Below are positions 1 through 11,269 of a DNA stretch of 64,000 nt, piece by piece. Source of the stretch: Thermoanaerobaculia bacterium (lineage in GTDB: Bacteria > Acidobacteriota > Thermoanaerobaculia > Multivoradales > SZUA-115); NCBI GenBank assembly GCA_044869955.1, contig JBIOYC010000074.1, forward strand, positions 9,114 to 73,113, in the 5' to 3' direction. The notes beneath the pieces are model-generated. The model searched no databases, was not told where the DNA came from, and worked only from the letters and a program-made list of their open reading frames with translations. A program made the translations under genes and the position numbers. Position 1 is the first letter of the stretch; each line of letters starts with the position of its first letter.

Positions 1-969
1 CGGCAGGACGGCGGCGATCCGCGGGAGCTCAGCCGTGTGCTCTCCAACCTCGCGGGCGTCAGGATCAGCCAGGGTGCCTACCAGGACGCGGCGGCGCTGG
101 CTCGCGAGAGCCTCGCCCTCGAGCGCCGGCTCTACGGCGAGCAGCACGAGGAGACCGCAACCACGCTGCGCCGCCTGGGCCTGGCGCTCAAGGAGATGGG
201 AGAGCTCACGGAGGCCGAAGGATTCGTGCGGGAGTCGGTCGCGATGCGGCGTCGCCTGTTCCGGGAGCCGGATGCCGCCCTGGTGGAGAGCGTCAATCAA
301 CTCGCGACACTGCTCCACGAGCGCGGGGAGTACGACGCAGCCGAGGCGCTCTTTCGCGAGAACCTGGAGATCGCACGAGCGCTCCCCGGCGATCGCTACC
401 CTGGCCTGCCGTCGGCGATGGCCAGCCTGGCGGCGGTGCTGGGCACGAAAGGCGATCTGACGGCCGCCGAGTCACTGCTCCGCGAGGCGCTCGGTCTGTG
501 GCGGGAGAGGCTGGGCAACGACCATCCGGACCTCGCCCTCTACCTGCGCAGCCTGGCGACGACGGTGCGCCGCAGGGGAAGGCACGAGGAGGCCGCGGCG
601 CTCTACCACGAGGTGTTGCGCATCCAGCGTCTTGCCCACGGCACCGAGCACCACGAAGTGGCGAAGACCACCTACGACCTCGCGGCGCTGCTCCACGAGG
701 AGGGCCATCTGGCCGCGGCCGAACCCCTCTACCGCCAGTGCGTCGCCATGCTGGAGAAGCTGGTGGGGCCGCAGCATCCTCACTACGCGCGGGCGCTCGC
801 CGGCCTGGCGCGGCTCGAGCTCGACTCCGGGCGAAGCGCCGAGGCCGAGCGGCTCTTCCGTCAGGCCCTCACGGTCCTCGAGAGCAAGCTGCCGCCTGCC
901 CACCCCTTCACCGTCACGGCCCGGAAAGGACTGGACCGCGCCATCGCCGCCCGGCAGCAGGAGCTGTGA
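1..969 (+). CDS. TPR-repeat protein (tandem TPR_12-like repeats), 5'-truncated by the window edge
   Basis: The frame is open from base 1. Repeated LxxLxxxGxYxxAExLxRExL motifs are typical of TPR. Its stop overlaps the next start (TGATG at 967-971). Confidence 0.75.
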   Translation, partial: RQDGGDPRELSRVLSNLAGVRISQGAYQDAAALARESLALERRLYGEQHEETATTLRRLGLALKEMGELTEAEGFVRESVAMRRRLFREPDAALVESVNQLATLLHERGEYDAAEALFRENLEIARALPGDRYPGLPSAMASLAAVLGTKGDLTAAESLLREALGLWRERLGNDHPDLALYLRSLATTVRRRGRHEEAAALYHEVLRIQRLAHGTEHHEVAKTTYDLAALLHEEGHLAAAEPLYRQCVAMLEKLVGPQHPHYARALAGLARLELDSGRSAEAERLFRQALTVLESKLPPAHPFTVTARKGLDRAIAARQQEL

Positions 970-1541
970 TGGCCGCGACCGAGGTCAACGAGCTGCTCCG
1001 CGCCCACCGCCGGGGCGACGCCGAGGCTTTCTCAAAGCTCGTCCGCCTGGTCTACCCCGACCTCAAGCGCCTCGCCCACCGCCAGCTCTCCCGTCTCAAG
1101 CCCGGCGACACCTTTGCCACCACCGGCCTGGTGCACGAGGCCTACCTGAAGCTGGTCGACCAGACACGGGCCGACTGGCAGGACCACGGCCACTTCCTGG
1201 CGGTGTCCGCGCGGGCGATGCGACAGGTGCTGATCGACTACGCCCGGGGCCGCTCACGCGACAAGCGGGGCGGCGGCGAGCGGCCGGGAACCCTCGACGG
1301 CCGCGAGGTCGCGGTGGCCGCCGAGGTCGAGCACCTGCTCGCCCTGGAGCAGGCGCTCGAGCGGCTGGCCGCCGTCGAGCCGCGGTTGGCTCAGGTCGTC
1401 GAGTGTCGTTACTTCGGCGGCTACACCGAGGAGGAAACCGCCGCGGCGCTTGGAGTCTCCACCCGCACCGTGGAGCGCGACTGGATCAGGGCCAGGGCAT
1501 TGCTGCGGGAGGCGATCGGCGGAGGCTCAGCGCCGGTCTGA
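969..1541 (+). CDS. ECF-type RNA polymerase sigma factor (Sig-70_X6 / TIGR02999-like)
   Basis: Motifs TTGLVHEAYLKL and ECRYFGGYTEEETAAALGVSTRTVERDW match sigma region 2 and the region 4 HTH. The start overlaps the TPR gene stop. Confidence 0.8.
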   Translation: MAATEVNELLRAHRRGDAEAFSKLVRLVYPDLKRLAHRQLSRLKPGDTFATTGLVHEAYLKLVDQTRADWQDHGHFLAVSARAMRQVLIDYARGRSRDKRGGGERPGTLDGREVAVAAEVEHLLALEQALERLAAVEPRLAQVVECRYFGGYTEEETAAALGVSTRTVERDWIRARALLREAIGGGSAPV

Positions 1542-1696
1542 GGATCTGAGCGTCTCCACTGTGCAAAACGAGCTGCTGGAGGGGCTGTTGCCGTTTGGGA
1601 GAACACACTTCTGCAGACCTCGAGAACCATCCCGTGATGGGCCTGGTACATCCCTGTGACAGAGGGGGTTGGGGGGTTGGCGAGCAGGCAGGCAGC

Positions 1697-1714
1697 GGGG
1701 GGCCTAAGCCCCCC
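1697..1714. terminator. GC-rich hairpin (GGGGGGC-CTAA-GCCCCCC) between the convergent sigma and HU genes; no U-tract
   Basis: A perfect 7-bp stem with a 4-nt loop read directly. It lies 8 nt 3' of the HU stop on the minus strand. Confidence 0.4.
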
Positions 1715-1721
1715 AGCCTTC

Positions 1722-2150
1722 CTAGTCCGAGATTTCCTTCAGGCTCTTCAGGGGGCGGATGCGCACGGCTTTGCGGGCGGGCTTGGCCGGGATGAGCATC
1801 TCCTTGCCGGTGAAGGGGTTGACGCCCTTCTTGGCCTTGGTCGCGGCGCGCTTGACGACGCGGACCTTGAGCAGGCCCGGCAGGGTGAAGGTGCCGGCGC
1901 CGCGGCTCTTGAGATGACGGTGGACGACGTCGGTGAGGCAGTCGAAGACCTTGGTGACGTCCTTCTTGGCGATGCCGGTGTCCTCGGCGATCGCGGCGAA
2001 GAGCTGGGCCTTGGTGTAGGCGTCCTTGATCGCCGCGCCGGCGCGCTTGGCAGCCGGGGCCGCCTTCGGCGCCGCCTTGGGGGCGGCCTTGGCCGTCTTG
2101 GCGGCCTTCGCAGGAGCCTTGGCCGCTGCCTTGGTGGTCTTGCCAGCCAT
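1722..2150 (-). CDS. hup: HU/IHF-family nucleoid protein with an Ala/Lys/Pro-rich histone H1-like N-terminal tail
   Basis: The C-terminal 90 aa match the HU fold (FTLPGLLKVRVVKR, NPFTGKEMLIPAKP). The N-terminus is AKAAPKAAPK repeats. A strong SD GAGGAGAGAGA lies upstream of the ATG. Confidence 0.85.
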   Translation of the reverse strand: MAGKTTKAAAKAPAKAAKTAKAAPKAAPKAAPAAKRAGAAIKDAYTKAQLFAAIAEDTGIAKKDVTKVFDCLTDVVHRHLKSRGAGTFTLPGLLKVRVVKRAATKAKKGVNPFTGKEMLIPAKPARKAVRIRPLKSLKEISD

Positions 2151-2281
2151 TCTCTCTCTCCTCTTTGTGGATGGTGCCCCTGTCGATTGGGGCGGTAAAT
2201 GCCGCCATTCTAGACCAGGGACGAGAGAAACTTCAAGAAAAAGCGCCCTTCGCGCGTCAGTCGACGTGTTTGGCAGGGCTT

Positions 2282-3859
2282 CTACCGAGGAAGCGCAGTG
2301 GCTGGAGCGAAAGAGGCTCGTTCTCCGCCCTTTTCCCACCAGAGGAAGCGAACTCCCAGGAGCTCTCCGGCCGGGTAGTTGCGGAAGCCGGCGAGCCTCG
2401 CGTCCATCACGGCGACGTTGTGCTTGGTGAAGAGGCTGAGGTAGGGCAGGTCGCGGGCGAGGATCTCCTGCACCTCGAGGTAGAGGGGGCGGCGTGCGAC
2501 GCGCTCGGGCAGCGAGGCGCCGAGGTCGAGACGCCGGTCGACCTCGGGGTTCCGGTAGCGCCCGCGGTTCTGTCCCCGGGGCGGGATGCTGTCCGAATGC
2601 AGGACCAGGCGGTAGAGGTTGGGATCGTGGATCGCCGTGCGGACCAGGCTGAAGAGCTGGAAGTTGCCGCGGGAGATGTCGCTGTAGAAGGTCGCGAACT
2701 CGTGGCTGCGCACCTCGAGGGCGATGCCCGCCTCGGCGGCCATCTGCTGGATCACCTGGGCCTGCAGGACGTACATCTCCGCGGTGGAGGTCTTGAAGGT
2801 GAGGGTGAGCCGGGGTCGGGGCCCGGGGCCGTCGGGGTCCGGGTAGCCGGCCTCGTCGAGCAGCCGCGCGGCGGCCGTGGGGTCGTGGGGGATCCGCGGC
2901 AACGCTCCGTGCCGTGCCCAGGAATCGGGCGGCATCATGGTCTCGGTGACCACCCCCAGCCCGCGCCAGAGGGTCGCGACCAGCGCCTCCCGATCGATTG
3001 CCAGGGCGAGGGCCCGCCGAACCCGCACGTCCGAGAGGATCGGATCCTCGAGGTTGAAGCCCAGATAGGCGTAGTTGCCGCCCGGGTCGGCGGCGACTCG
3101 GAAGCGGGGATCGGCCTGGAAGCGGGGCACCAGGTCCGGCGGCAGGTCGTTGATCACCAGATGGACCGAGCCCTTGAGCAGCTCGAGGGCGCGCACGGTG
3201 GAGTCCGGCACCACCTTGAGCTCGACCGAGCGGATCGCCGGTGGCGGGCGGTGGCCCCCGTCGAAGGCCTCGAGCAGCACCCGCTCCGGGCTCGTCGCCA
3301 CCACCCGGTAGGACCCGCAGCCGACCGGGCTCGCGTTCATCTCGGCGGGGGTGGTCCCCTTCGGCAGGATGCCGATCGCCGGGGTGAGCTCGATGGCGAA
3401 GGCGCCGGAGGGACGGGAGAGCACCACGTCCACGACCCCGGGCGCCGGGCTCTCGACCCGCTCGAGCTCGGTGAAGGCACCCCGCTTGGCGGTGACGATG
3501 CGACCGTCGACGATGCTCATGAGGGTGTCGATGACGTCGTCGGGAGAAAGGGCTCGGCCGTCGTGGAAGCGCACGTCGGGACGCAGGTGGAAGCGGTAGC
3601 GCCGGCCGCCTTCGAGGATCTCCCAGGAAGCGGCGGCATCGGGCTCGAGCTCGCCGGTGGGGGTCTTGATCAGGAGGCCGCACATCGAGAGGTCGAAGAG
3701 GCGGTCGGCGGCCTGATCGAGGGCCACCCGGGGGTCGAGGTGGCTGGGGGCGCTCTCGATGGCGATCACCAGCCGCTCGGGCAGGTCCCGGACCTGCGTC
3801 GGCCGATCGCAGCCGGCGAGCACGCAGGCGGCGAGTGACCAGGGGAACCAGCGGGGCAT
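2282..3859 (-). CDS. ABC transporter substrate-binding lipoprotein, family 5 (peptide/nickel, DppA/OppA-like)
   Basis: Signal peptide with an LAGC lipobox. Extended similarity to SBP_bac_5 (GGNYAYLGFN, IDREALV). The upstream part of the 1412-aa track ORF is rejected as a GC artefact. Confidence 0.8.
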   Translation of the reverse strand: MPRWFPWSLAACVLAGCDRPTQVRDLPERLVIAIESAPSHLDPRVALDQAADRLFDLSMCGLLIKTPTGELEPDAAASWEILEGGRRYRFHLRPDVRFHDGRALSPDDVIDTLMSIVDGRIVTAKRGAFTELERVESPAPGVVDVVLSRPSGAFAIELTPAIGILPKGTTPAEMNASPVGCGSYRVVATSPERVLLEAFDGGHRPPPAIRSVELKVVPDSTVRALELLKGSVHLVINDLPPDLVPRFQADPRFRVAADPGGNYAYLGFNLEDPILSDVRVRRALALAIDREALVATLWRGLGVVTETMMPPDSWARHGALPRIPHDPTAAARLLDEAGYPDPDGPGPRPRLTLTFKTSTAEMYVLQAQVIQQMAAEAGIALEVRSHEFATFYSDISRGNFQLFSLVRTAIHDPNLYRLVLHSDSIPPRGQNRGRYRNPEVDRRLDLGASLPERVARRPLYLEVQEILARDLPYLSLFTKHNVAVMDARLAGFRNYPAGELLGVRFLWWEKGGERASFAPATALPR

Positions 3860-3877
3860 CGCACGTAGAATCGTTTC

Positions 3878-5008
3878 ATGTTTCGCTGGCGACGGATCGG
3901 TGCCTTGCTGGCCCTCTCGGCCGCGGGTGCCATGTCCCCTGGAGCCCAGCCCCCGGCTTCGCCGGTAGCGGAGGGGGAGGGTCGGCTGGCGGCGATCCAG
4001 GGTGAGATCCGCGGCCTCGAGGCCCAGCTCTCCAGCCTGGGCCAGACGGCCGAGTCGATCGAGGGAGAGATCGGCCGGTTGAGTCTCGCCACCCGCCTGC
4101 AGGAGCGGCGCGTGGCCGAGGCCGGCGCCGCGGTGTCTCTCGCCCAGGCCCGCGCGCAGGAGGCCGAGCAGCGGCTGGGCGAGCTCGAGGCCCGGCTCGA
4201 GGCCACCCGCGAGACCCTGCGCCGCAATTTGCGCAGCCTCTACCGGCTGGGCCGCTACGGCTACCTGCGCTTGCTGCTCTCGGCTCAGGCGGGCTCGGAC
4301 CCACTGGCCGCCGTGCGGTTGGCCCGCTATCTCGCGCGTCGCGATGGCGCGGAGATCGGGCGCTACGAGAGCCTGCGCTCCGGTGTCGTGGCCGAGCGGG
4401 ACCGCCTGCGCCGCGAGCGCGACGAGCGGGCGGCGTGGCGCAAGCTCGAGGAGGAGCGCCGCACGGCCCTGGCCAAGCTCCAGGGTGAGCAGGCCCGCCT
4501 CCTCGCCCGGGCCGAGCGCGAGCGTCTCACCCTGGCGTCGCGGGCGGTCGAGCTGGCCGCCGAGGCGGCCCGTCTCAGCCAGCTCTTCGCCGATCTCTCC
4601 GGCCAGGCGGCACCCCTCGCCGGCATGCCGATGCAGAGCTTCCGCGGCACCCTGGAGAGGCCGGCGGGCGGCGAGGTGGCCATCCGCTTCGGACCACGGC
4701 CGGATCCGCGCTACGGCACGCGGGTGCCCCACAACGGCATCGAGATCGCCACCCACCCCGGGTCCGCGGTGCGGGTGGTCTATCCCGGCAAGGTGCTCTA
4801 CGCCGCGCCCTTCCGCGGCCTCGGCCCGACGGTGATCGTGCTCCATCCGGGCAAGATGTTCTCGCTCTACGCCGGCCTCGAAGGGGTGCGCGTGAGCAAG
4901 GGTGATATGGTCCCGATCGGCCAGGCGCTCGGGGCGGCCACGGATCGCCTGTACTTCGAGATCCGCCTCGACAACCGTCCCGTCGATCCCCTCGGCTGGC
5001 TCCGTTAG
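3878..5008 (+). CDS. M23 peptidase-family protein with an N-terminal coiled coil (EnvC-like murein hydrolase activator)
   Basis: Signal peptide, long coiled coil, and a C-terminal LytM/M23 domain (GIEIATHPGSAVRVVYPGKV, LYFEIRLDNRPVDP). Confidence 0.8.
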   Translation: MFRWRRIGALLALSAAGAMSPGAQPPASPVAEGEGRLAAIQGEIRGLEAQLSSLGQTAESIEGEIGRLSLATRLQERRVAEAGAAVSLAQARAQEAEQRLGELEARLEATRETLRRNLRSLYRLGRYGYLRLLLSAQAGSDPLAAVRLARYLARRDGAEIGRYESLRSGVVAERDRLRRERDERAAWRKLEEERRTALAKLQGEQARLLARAERERLTLASRAVELAAEAARLSQLFADLSGQAAPLAGMPMQSFRGTLERPAGGEVAIRFGPRPDPRYGTRVPHNGIEIATHPGSAVRVVYPGKVLYAAPFRGLGPTVIVLHPGKMFSLYAGLEGVRVSKGDMVPIGQALGAATDRLYFEIRLDNRPVDPLGWLR

Positions 5009-5017
5009 AGGAAGACC

Positions 5018-6196
5018 ATGAATCGCAGCCGCACGGCGCTCCTCGTCGTCTCTCTGGCTCTGGTGGTGCCCATCCTCGCCGGCACCCTCCTCGCCGCCTC
5101 CTCCCGCGAAGACGACTCGACCGACTCTCTCTACAAGTACCTCGCCGTTTTCACCGAGACGCTCACTCGCGTCCGCGAGAACTACGTCGATCCGCCCGAC
5201 GTCGATCAGCTGCTGGTCGGTGCCCTCGACGGCGCCACCGACGCCCTCGATCCCTTCTCCCTCTACGTCCCTCCCGAAGCGGTCGACCGCTTCGTCGCCA
5301 GTCGCGGGGGGGGTCTGCCCGGCGGGCTCTTGCTGCTCAAGGAGCACGGCGTGATGTACGTCGCCGGGGCGCCGCCCGAGAGCGCCGCCGGCCGCGCCGG
5401 CCTGCGCATCGGCGACGTGGTCGCCGAGATCGGCGGCAAGTCGACGCGGGTGATGCCCCTGTGGCAGGCCCACCAGCTGCTCGCCGATGGCGGCACGCCG
5501 AGTGTCGATCTCAAGGTGATCCGCTACGGAGAGATGCGGTCGGTGTCGCTGGCCCTGGCCCGGTACGAGCCGCCGGCCCCGACCCTGCGCGAGGTCCGTG
5601 GCGTGCCGGTGCTGCGCGTCGCCGGCTTCGCGGGCGGCACGGCGACGGCGGTGGAGCGGGCCCTGGCCGAGCTCGCCCGCCAGGGGCAGGCGCGGCTGCT
5701 GGTCGACCTGCGCGGCACCCTTTCGGGCGACGCCGAGGTCGCCTACCGGGTGGCCGGGCTGTTCACCCGTGGGGAGCTCGGATCCCTGATCCGACGGGGT
5801 GAGAAGGCCGACACCTTCACCGGCAAGTCTGCCCCGGCCTGGCAGGGGAAGATCGGGCTGCTGGTCGACCGCGGCACCCTCGGCGCTGCCGAGGTGCTGG
5901 CGGCGGCGCTCAAGCAGAGGGCCTCGGCGAAGCTGATCGGCGAGCGAACCTTCGGCTACGCCGGCCACCAGGAGATGGTCGAGCTGTCGACCGGCGGCCG
6001 CTTGCTCTACACCGACTCGTTCTACACCGGGCCGGACGGCAAGGTGCTGCGCGGCAGCCAGATCCCCGACGTGAGGGTGGAGGACTTCTCCTTCGGCGAA
6101 CCGGAGGGCGAAGCCCCGTCGGACAAGGATCCGATCCTCGACCGCGGCATCGAGGTGCTGCTCGCCGAGGAGCCGGCCGCCGCCCAGGCCGCCTGA
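5018..6196 (+). CDS. ctpA: C-terminal processing peptidase (S41, Ctp/Prc) with PDZ domain
   Basis: N-terminal TM/signal, PDZ (GLRIGDVVAEIGG) and an S41 catalytic region (GERTFGYAG). The envC-ctp arrangement is conserved. Confidence 0.75.
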   Translation: MNRSRTALLVVSLALVVPILAGTLLAASSREDDSTDSLYKYLAVFTETLTRVRENYVDPPDVDQLLVGALDGATDALDPFSLYVPPEAVDRFVASRGGGLPGGLLLLKEHGVMYVAGAPPESAAGRAGLRIGDVVAEIGGKSTRVMPLWQAHQLLADGGTPSVDLKVIRYGEMRSVSLALARYEPPAPTLREVRGVPVLRVAGFAGGTATAVERALAELARQGQARLLVDLRGTLSGDAEVAYRVAGLFTRGELGSLIRRGEKADTFTGKSAPAWQGKIGLLVDRGTLGAAEVLAAALKQRASAKLIGERTFGYAGHQEMVELSTGGRLLYTDSFYTGPDGKVLRGSQIPDVRVEDFSFGEPEGEAPSDKDPILDRGIEVLLAEEPAAAQAA

Positions 6197-6227
6197 GCCC
6201 GGCCCGGCGCCTTCTCCCCCACGATCC

Positions 6228-7187
6228 TTGGCCAGACGTCCCCTTCCCCCTCGTCCCCGCTCGAAGGCGAGCCGCCCGCCTCGCGGGTTGCCCATCTTCT
6301 TGGTCGTCTGTGCCCTGGCGGCCGTCGGCTTCGCCTTTTGGATGTACCGCGGAGGCCGTCTCGGCGGCCCGCCCCGGCCGGAGCCCACCGAGGTGGAAAC
6401 ACCCAAGCCTGCCCGGCCTGTGCCGCCGGCGAAGAAACCCGACCACAAGCCCCGCGCCGAGAAGCCGGCGCCGCCCGCTCCGGTCCCCGAAGCCGCTGCG
6501 CCGAAGAAGGGGGGGCGCATCGCCCTGGTGATCGACGACCTCGGCCGCAGTGTCGAGGACGTGCGCCGCCTGGGGCGGCTGGCGGTGCCCTTGAGCTATG
6601 CGGTGCTGCCCTTCGAGCGGGCGACCGCGGAGGTGGTGGCGGCGTTGGCCGAGGAGAGGCGAGAGATCCTCTGCCACCTGCCGATGTCGCCGGACGGCGG
6701 CGCCAACCCCGGGCCGGGCGCCCTGACCGAGGATATGGGGCCGGCCGAGCTGGCCCGGGCCACCCGGGCCGCGCTCGACGCCGTACCCGGGGCGGTGGGG
6801 GTGAACAACCACATGGGCTCGAGGCTCTCGGCCGATCGCCGGGCCCTCGAGCCGATCCTGGCGGTGGTCGCCGAGCGAGGGCTGTTCTTCCTCGACTCCC
6901 GGACCAGCCCCGAGAGCGTGGCCTATCGGACGGCCCGTCAGCTGGGGATCCCGGCCGCCGAGCGGCAGGTCTTCCTCGACCCGGACCAGAGCCCCGAGGC
7001 CGTGCGCTTCCAGTTCGAGCGCTTGGTGGACCTCGCCCGCGAGCGCGGAGCGGCGATCGGCATCGGCCATCCGCACCCGGTCACCCTGGAGGTGCTGGCG
7101 GCCGAAATCCCCAAGGCCCGCGCCGCCGGCCTGGAGTTCGTGCCCGTCTCGTACCTGGTCGACGATCCCGGCGGGCCGCCGGAGTAG
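6228..7187 (+). CDS. Divergent polysaccharide deacetylase family protein (YibQ-like)
   Basis: TM segment plus Pro/Lys-rich linker, then a conserved block (IALVIDDLG, VPLSYAVLP, GVNNHMGS). The family typically follows envC-ctp. The start may be later than 6228. Confidence 0.65.
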   Translation: MARRPLPPRPRSKASRPPRGLPIFLVVCALAAVGFAFWMYRGGRLGGPPRPEPTEVETPKPARPVPPAKKPDHKPRAEKPAPPAPVPEAAAPKKGGRIALVIDDLGRSVEDVRRLGRLAVPLSYAVLPFERATAEVVAALAEERREILCHLPMSPDGGANPGPGALTEDMGPAELARATRAALDAVPGAVGVNNHMGSRLSADRRALEPILAVVAERGLFFLDSRTSPESVAYRTARQLGIPAAERQVFLDPDQSPEAVRFQFERLVDLARERGAAIGIGHPHPVTLEVLAAEIPKARAAGLEFVPVSYLVDDPGGPPE

Positions 7188-7188
7188 A

Positions 7189-9722
7189 TCACCCCTCCCC
7201 TCGCAGCACCTCGATCGGGCGCTCCGCGAGGGCGCGTAGCGAGGCCGCCAGGCCCGCCACGGTGGCCAGGGCGATGGTGAGGCCGAGGGCGGCCAGGAAG
7301 GGCCAGGGCGAGCTCTCCCAGGGCACCTCCATGCGGCGAGTGAGCACCACCCAGGCGAGGGCTCCGGCCCCCGCGGCGCCGATACCCCCCGCCACCAGCC
7401 CGGTCAGGGCGTACTCCACGGCGAAGGAGCCGGCGACGCCCCAGCGCGTCATGCCCAGGGTCTTGAGCAGGGCCACCTCCCGGCCCCGGCGGGCTGCCGA
7501 GGCGGAGACCGCCCCGGCCAGGATGGCGATGCCGGCGAGGGTGGTGAAGCTGCCCAGCAAGCGCACGCCCAGGCTGATGCGGCGCAGCACCTCCGCCACC
7601 TTGGTGAGGATCTCGCGCACGTTGATCAGCGTGACGTTGGGGTAGAGGAAGGCCAGCTCGTCCTGGAAGGCCTGCTCGCGGTCGTCGGGCAGGCGCACCG
7701 CGGCCACCCGTTGCTGCGGGGCGTCGGCGAGGGCGGCGGGCTCGGCGATCAGGTAGAAGTTGAGGCCGAAGCCTTCCCAGTTCACCGTACGCAGGCTGGT
7801 GACGGCGAGGTCGAGGGTCACGCCCTGGATGTCGAAGGTCAAGAGGGAGCCGAGCGACAGCCCCAGCTCGCGGGCGTACTCCTGCTCGACGCTGACCTCC
7901 AGCTGGCGGGCGTCGTCGAAGAGCTTGCCCTCCACGACCTCGTTGTCGGCGGGCAGCTGGTCGAGGTAGGTCAGGCGTTGCTCGCGGGTGAGGGCCCAGC
8001 GCTGGCCGCCCCGGCGGGTCCTGGCGAGCTCTTCGGTGGAGGCCCCGTCGATCGCCGCGAGGCGGGCGGTGATCACCGGCACGGAGTCTTGGCGCAACGA
8101 GCCGTGGGCCGCCAGCAGCGCGGCGACGCCCTGCCACTGCTGGGGTTGGATGTCGATCAAGAAGAGGTTGGGGGCGTCCTTCGGCAGCTCGGCTTCGAGC
8201 CGGCCGGCGAGGCGATCCTCGACCAGAAAGGTCGCCAACACCACCAGCACCCCGAGGCCCAGGGCGACGATCGCGCCCAAGGTTCCGGATCCTGGCCGGG
8301 TCAGGGCGGCGAGGCCCTGGGTGAGCTGGATGGACCCGCTCGGGAGCCGGTCTCGCAGGCGGCGGGCGAGGCGGATCAACCCCCAGGCGGCGAGGGTCAG
8401 CAGCCCCCCGGCGACGGCGATGCCGGCGGTGAAGCCCAGGCCGGCCAGGACTGACTGGGCCTGGAAGCTGGCGAGGCCGAAGATGCCCGCCCCGAGCACC
8501 GAGGGGATTGCCCACCGCGTGACCCGATTCGACGGCAGGCGCTCGGCGTTGCGGCGCAGCACACGGGCGGGCGGCACCTGGAGCAGGGCGGTGAGGGGGC
8601 CGAGGCAGAAGATCGCCGCCACCAGGGTGCCCAGGCCGAGGCCGCGGAGGATCGCGGCCGGCTGCCAGGGCTGGACGACCCCGGCGGGCACCAGCGGACC
8701 GAGGGCCGCGGGCAGGGCGAGCTGCACGAGGACCCCCAACAGGGCCCCCACCAGGCTGCCGAAGAGGCCCAGGGCGACCGTTTGGCCGACGTAGAGCCAC
8801 AGCACCTCGCGGGGTCGGACCCCCAGACACTTGAGCACGGCGATGGCGTCCAGCCTTCCTTCGAGCCAGGCGCGTACGGTCTGGGCGACGCCGATGCCGC
8901 CGGCCAGCAAGGAGAGTAGGGCCACCAGACCGAGGAAGCTCTCGGCTCGGCGGATCCCCCGGCGCAGCTCCGGCTGGGCCTCGGTGTAGGTCTCGACGCG
9001 GTAGCTCGCCCCGGCCTGGTCCTTGAGCCGCTTGGCCAGGGGCGACAGCTCGTCCGCCCGCCAGGTCGCGGGGGCCTTCCACAGCAGCTTGTTCTCGACC
9101 CGGCTGCCGCGGGCCACCAGACCGGTGCGGGCCAGACCCTCGCGCGAGAGGAAGAGCCGCGGCCCCAGGGAGAAGGCGCCGCCGATGCGATCGGGCTCCG
9201 AGATCACCTCGGCGCGCACGACGAAACGGGCGCCACCCACGGCCAGCGGGTCGCCCACGCCGACGCCGAGGGCCCGCAGCAGGTCCGGCTGGGCCACGGC
9301 GCCTTCGGCATCGAGGACCTCCGTGAGGCGACCCGGGGGCTCCAGGGCTACCTCGCCGTAGAACGGATAGCCCGGCTCGACCGCCTTGAGCTCGACCAGC
9401 CGGGAGGGGCCCGGGCGGCCATCCTCACGGGGTGGACCGGCCACCAGGGTGACGGTCTCCTCGATGCGGGAGAGGGCGCTACCCGGAATCGCCGCCAGCG
9501 TGGTCTCCACCTCCGGCGGGATCGGCCGCCAGCTCTCGATGGCCAGGTCGGCGCCCAGCAGCTGGCGGGCCTCGCCGCGCAACGAGCGGTCGAAGCCCGT
9601 GGCCAGGCTCGCCACCGCCACCACCGCTGCCACTCCCACCGCCAGGCAGGCGACGAAGAAGACCACGCGCCAGCGCTGGCCGCGCGCCTCCCTCGCGAGG
9701 TGGGAGAAGAAGAAGGAGGCCC

Positions 9723-9726
<4 letters not shown>
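7189..9726 (-). CDS. ybbP: ABC transporter permease with two FtsX domains (YbbP-like)
   Basis: 845 aa with roughly ten TM helices in two FtsX-type clusters. Its start overlaps the upstream ATPase stop by 4 bp. Confidence 0.8.
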
Positions 9727-10466
<740 letters not shown>

Positions 10467-10468
10467 CC

Positions 10469-11269
10469 GTGCGGACCGGAGCTCGGCCGCTTAGAATCGA
10501 GTACGTGAGCACTCTGCGTTTGTTACCCGCGATCTTGACCTCCCTCGCTCTCCTCGGCGCCTGCGGCCAGGGGGGCTCCTCCTCGAGCTCCGCGGCTTCG
10601 AGCTCCCGGCACGCTCCAGGCGGCGTCTCGGGAGCCCTCGCCGCGGGGGAGGAAGCTGCCGCAGCGGCCAGCGCCGCGGCGCCGGCCCGCACCGGCGCGC
10701 CCGTGGTGCTCTTCCTCGGGGATAGCCTCACGGCCGGCTATGGGCTCTCCGGCGATGACGCCTACCCGGCGGTCGTCGCCCGCCGCCTCGACGAGGAGGG
10801 CATCGCCGCCAAGGTGGTGAACGCCGGCATCTCCGGCGACACCACGGCCGGCGGCCTCGCCCGGCTCGACTGGCTGCTGCGCCAGCAGCCGGCGGTCGTG
10901 GTGGTGGCCCTCGGGGCCAACGACGGGCTGCGCGCCGTCCCCCTCGAAGAAACCGAGCGCAACCTGCGCGAGATCGTCCGCAGGAGCCGCGAGACCGGCG
11001 CCCGTGTGGTGATCGCCGGCATGATGCTGCCGCCCAACTACGGCCCGGCCTACACTCTGGGCTTCCAGGCGATCTTCCCCAAGCTCGCCCGAGAGCTCGA
11101 GGTGGCCCTGATCCCCTTCCTGCTCGAGAAGGTAGCCGCCGAGCCCCAGCTCAACCTCGCCGACGGCATCCACCCCAACGTCGAGGGGCAGAAGCTCGTC
11201 GGCGAGACGGTGCTGCCGTTCGTGGTGCGCGAGCTAGGGAAGGGGTCCGATGTAGGTGGTGCGCCGTGA
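10469..11269 (+). CDS. tesA: SGNH/GDSL arylesterase-thioesterase (TesA-like) lipoprotein
   Basis: [14 protein letters not shown] and DGIHPN blocks of SGNH hydrolases. LLGAC lipobox. It is divergent from ybbA-ybbP as in E. coli. An alternative GTG start lies near 10505. Confidence 0.8.
   Translation: MRTGARPLRIEYVSTLRLLPAILTSLALLGACGQGGSSSSSAASSSRHAPGGVSGALAAGEEAAAAASAAAPARTGAPVVLFLGDSLTAGYGLSGDDAYPAVVARRLDEEGIAAKVVNAGISGDTTAGGLARLDWLLRQQPAVVVVALGANDGLRAVPLEETERNLREIVRRSRETGARVVIAGMMLPPNYGPAYTLGFQAIFPKLARELEVALIPFLLEKVAAEPQLNLADGIHPNVEGQKLVGETVLPFVVRELGKGSDVGGAP

Noticed and set aside
2282-6520. 1412-aa minus-strand ORF, and many other long alternate-frame or antisense ORFs (for example 1722..3683, 6938..9082, 17189..19126, 23997..26282, 30895..33789, 26053..26499)
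   Set aside because: Their translations are Arg/Pro/Gly/Ala-rich low-complexity sequence running antisense or out of frame to well-supported genes. This is a typical high-GC artefact. Only the conserved portions (SBP, HU, RtcB and others) were kept.
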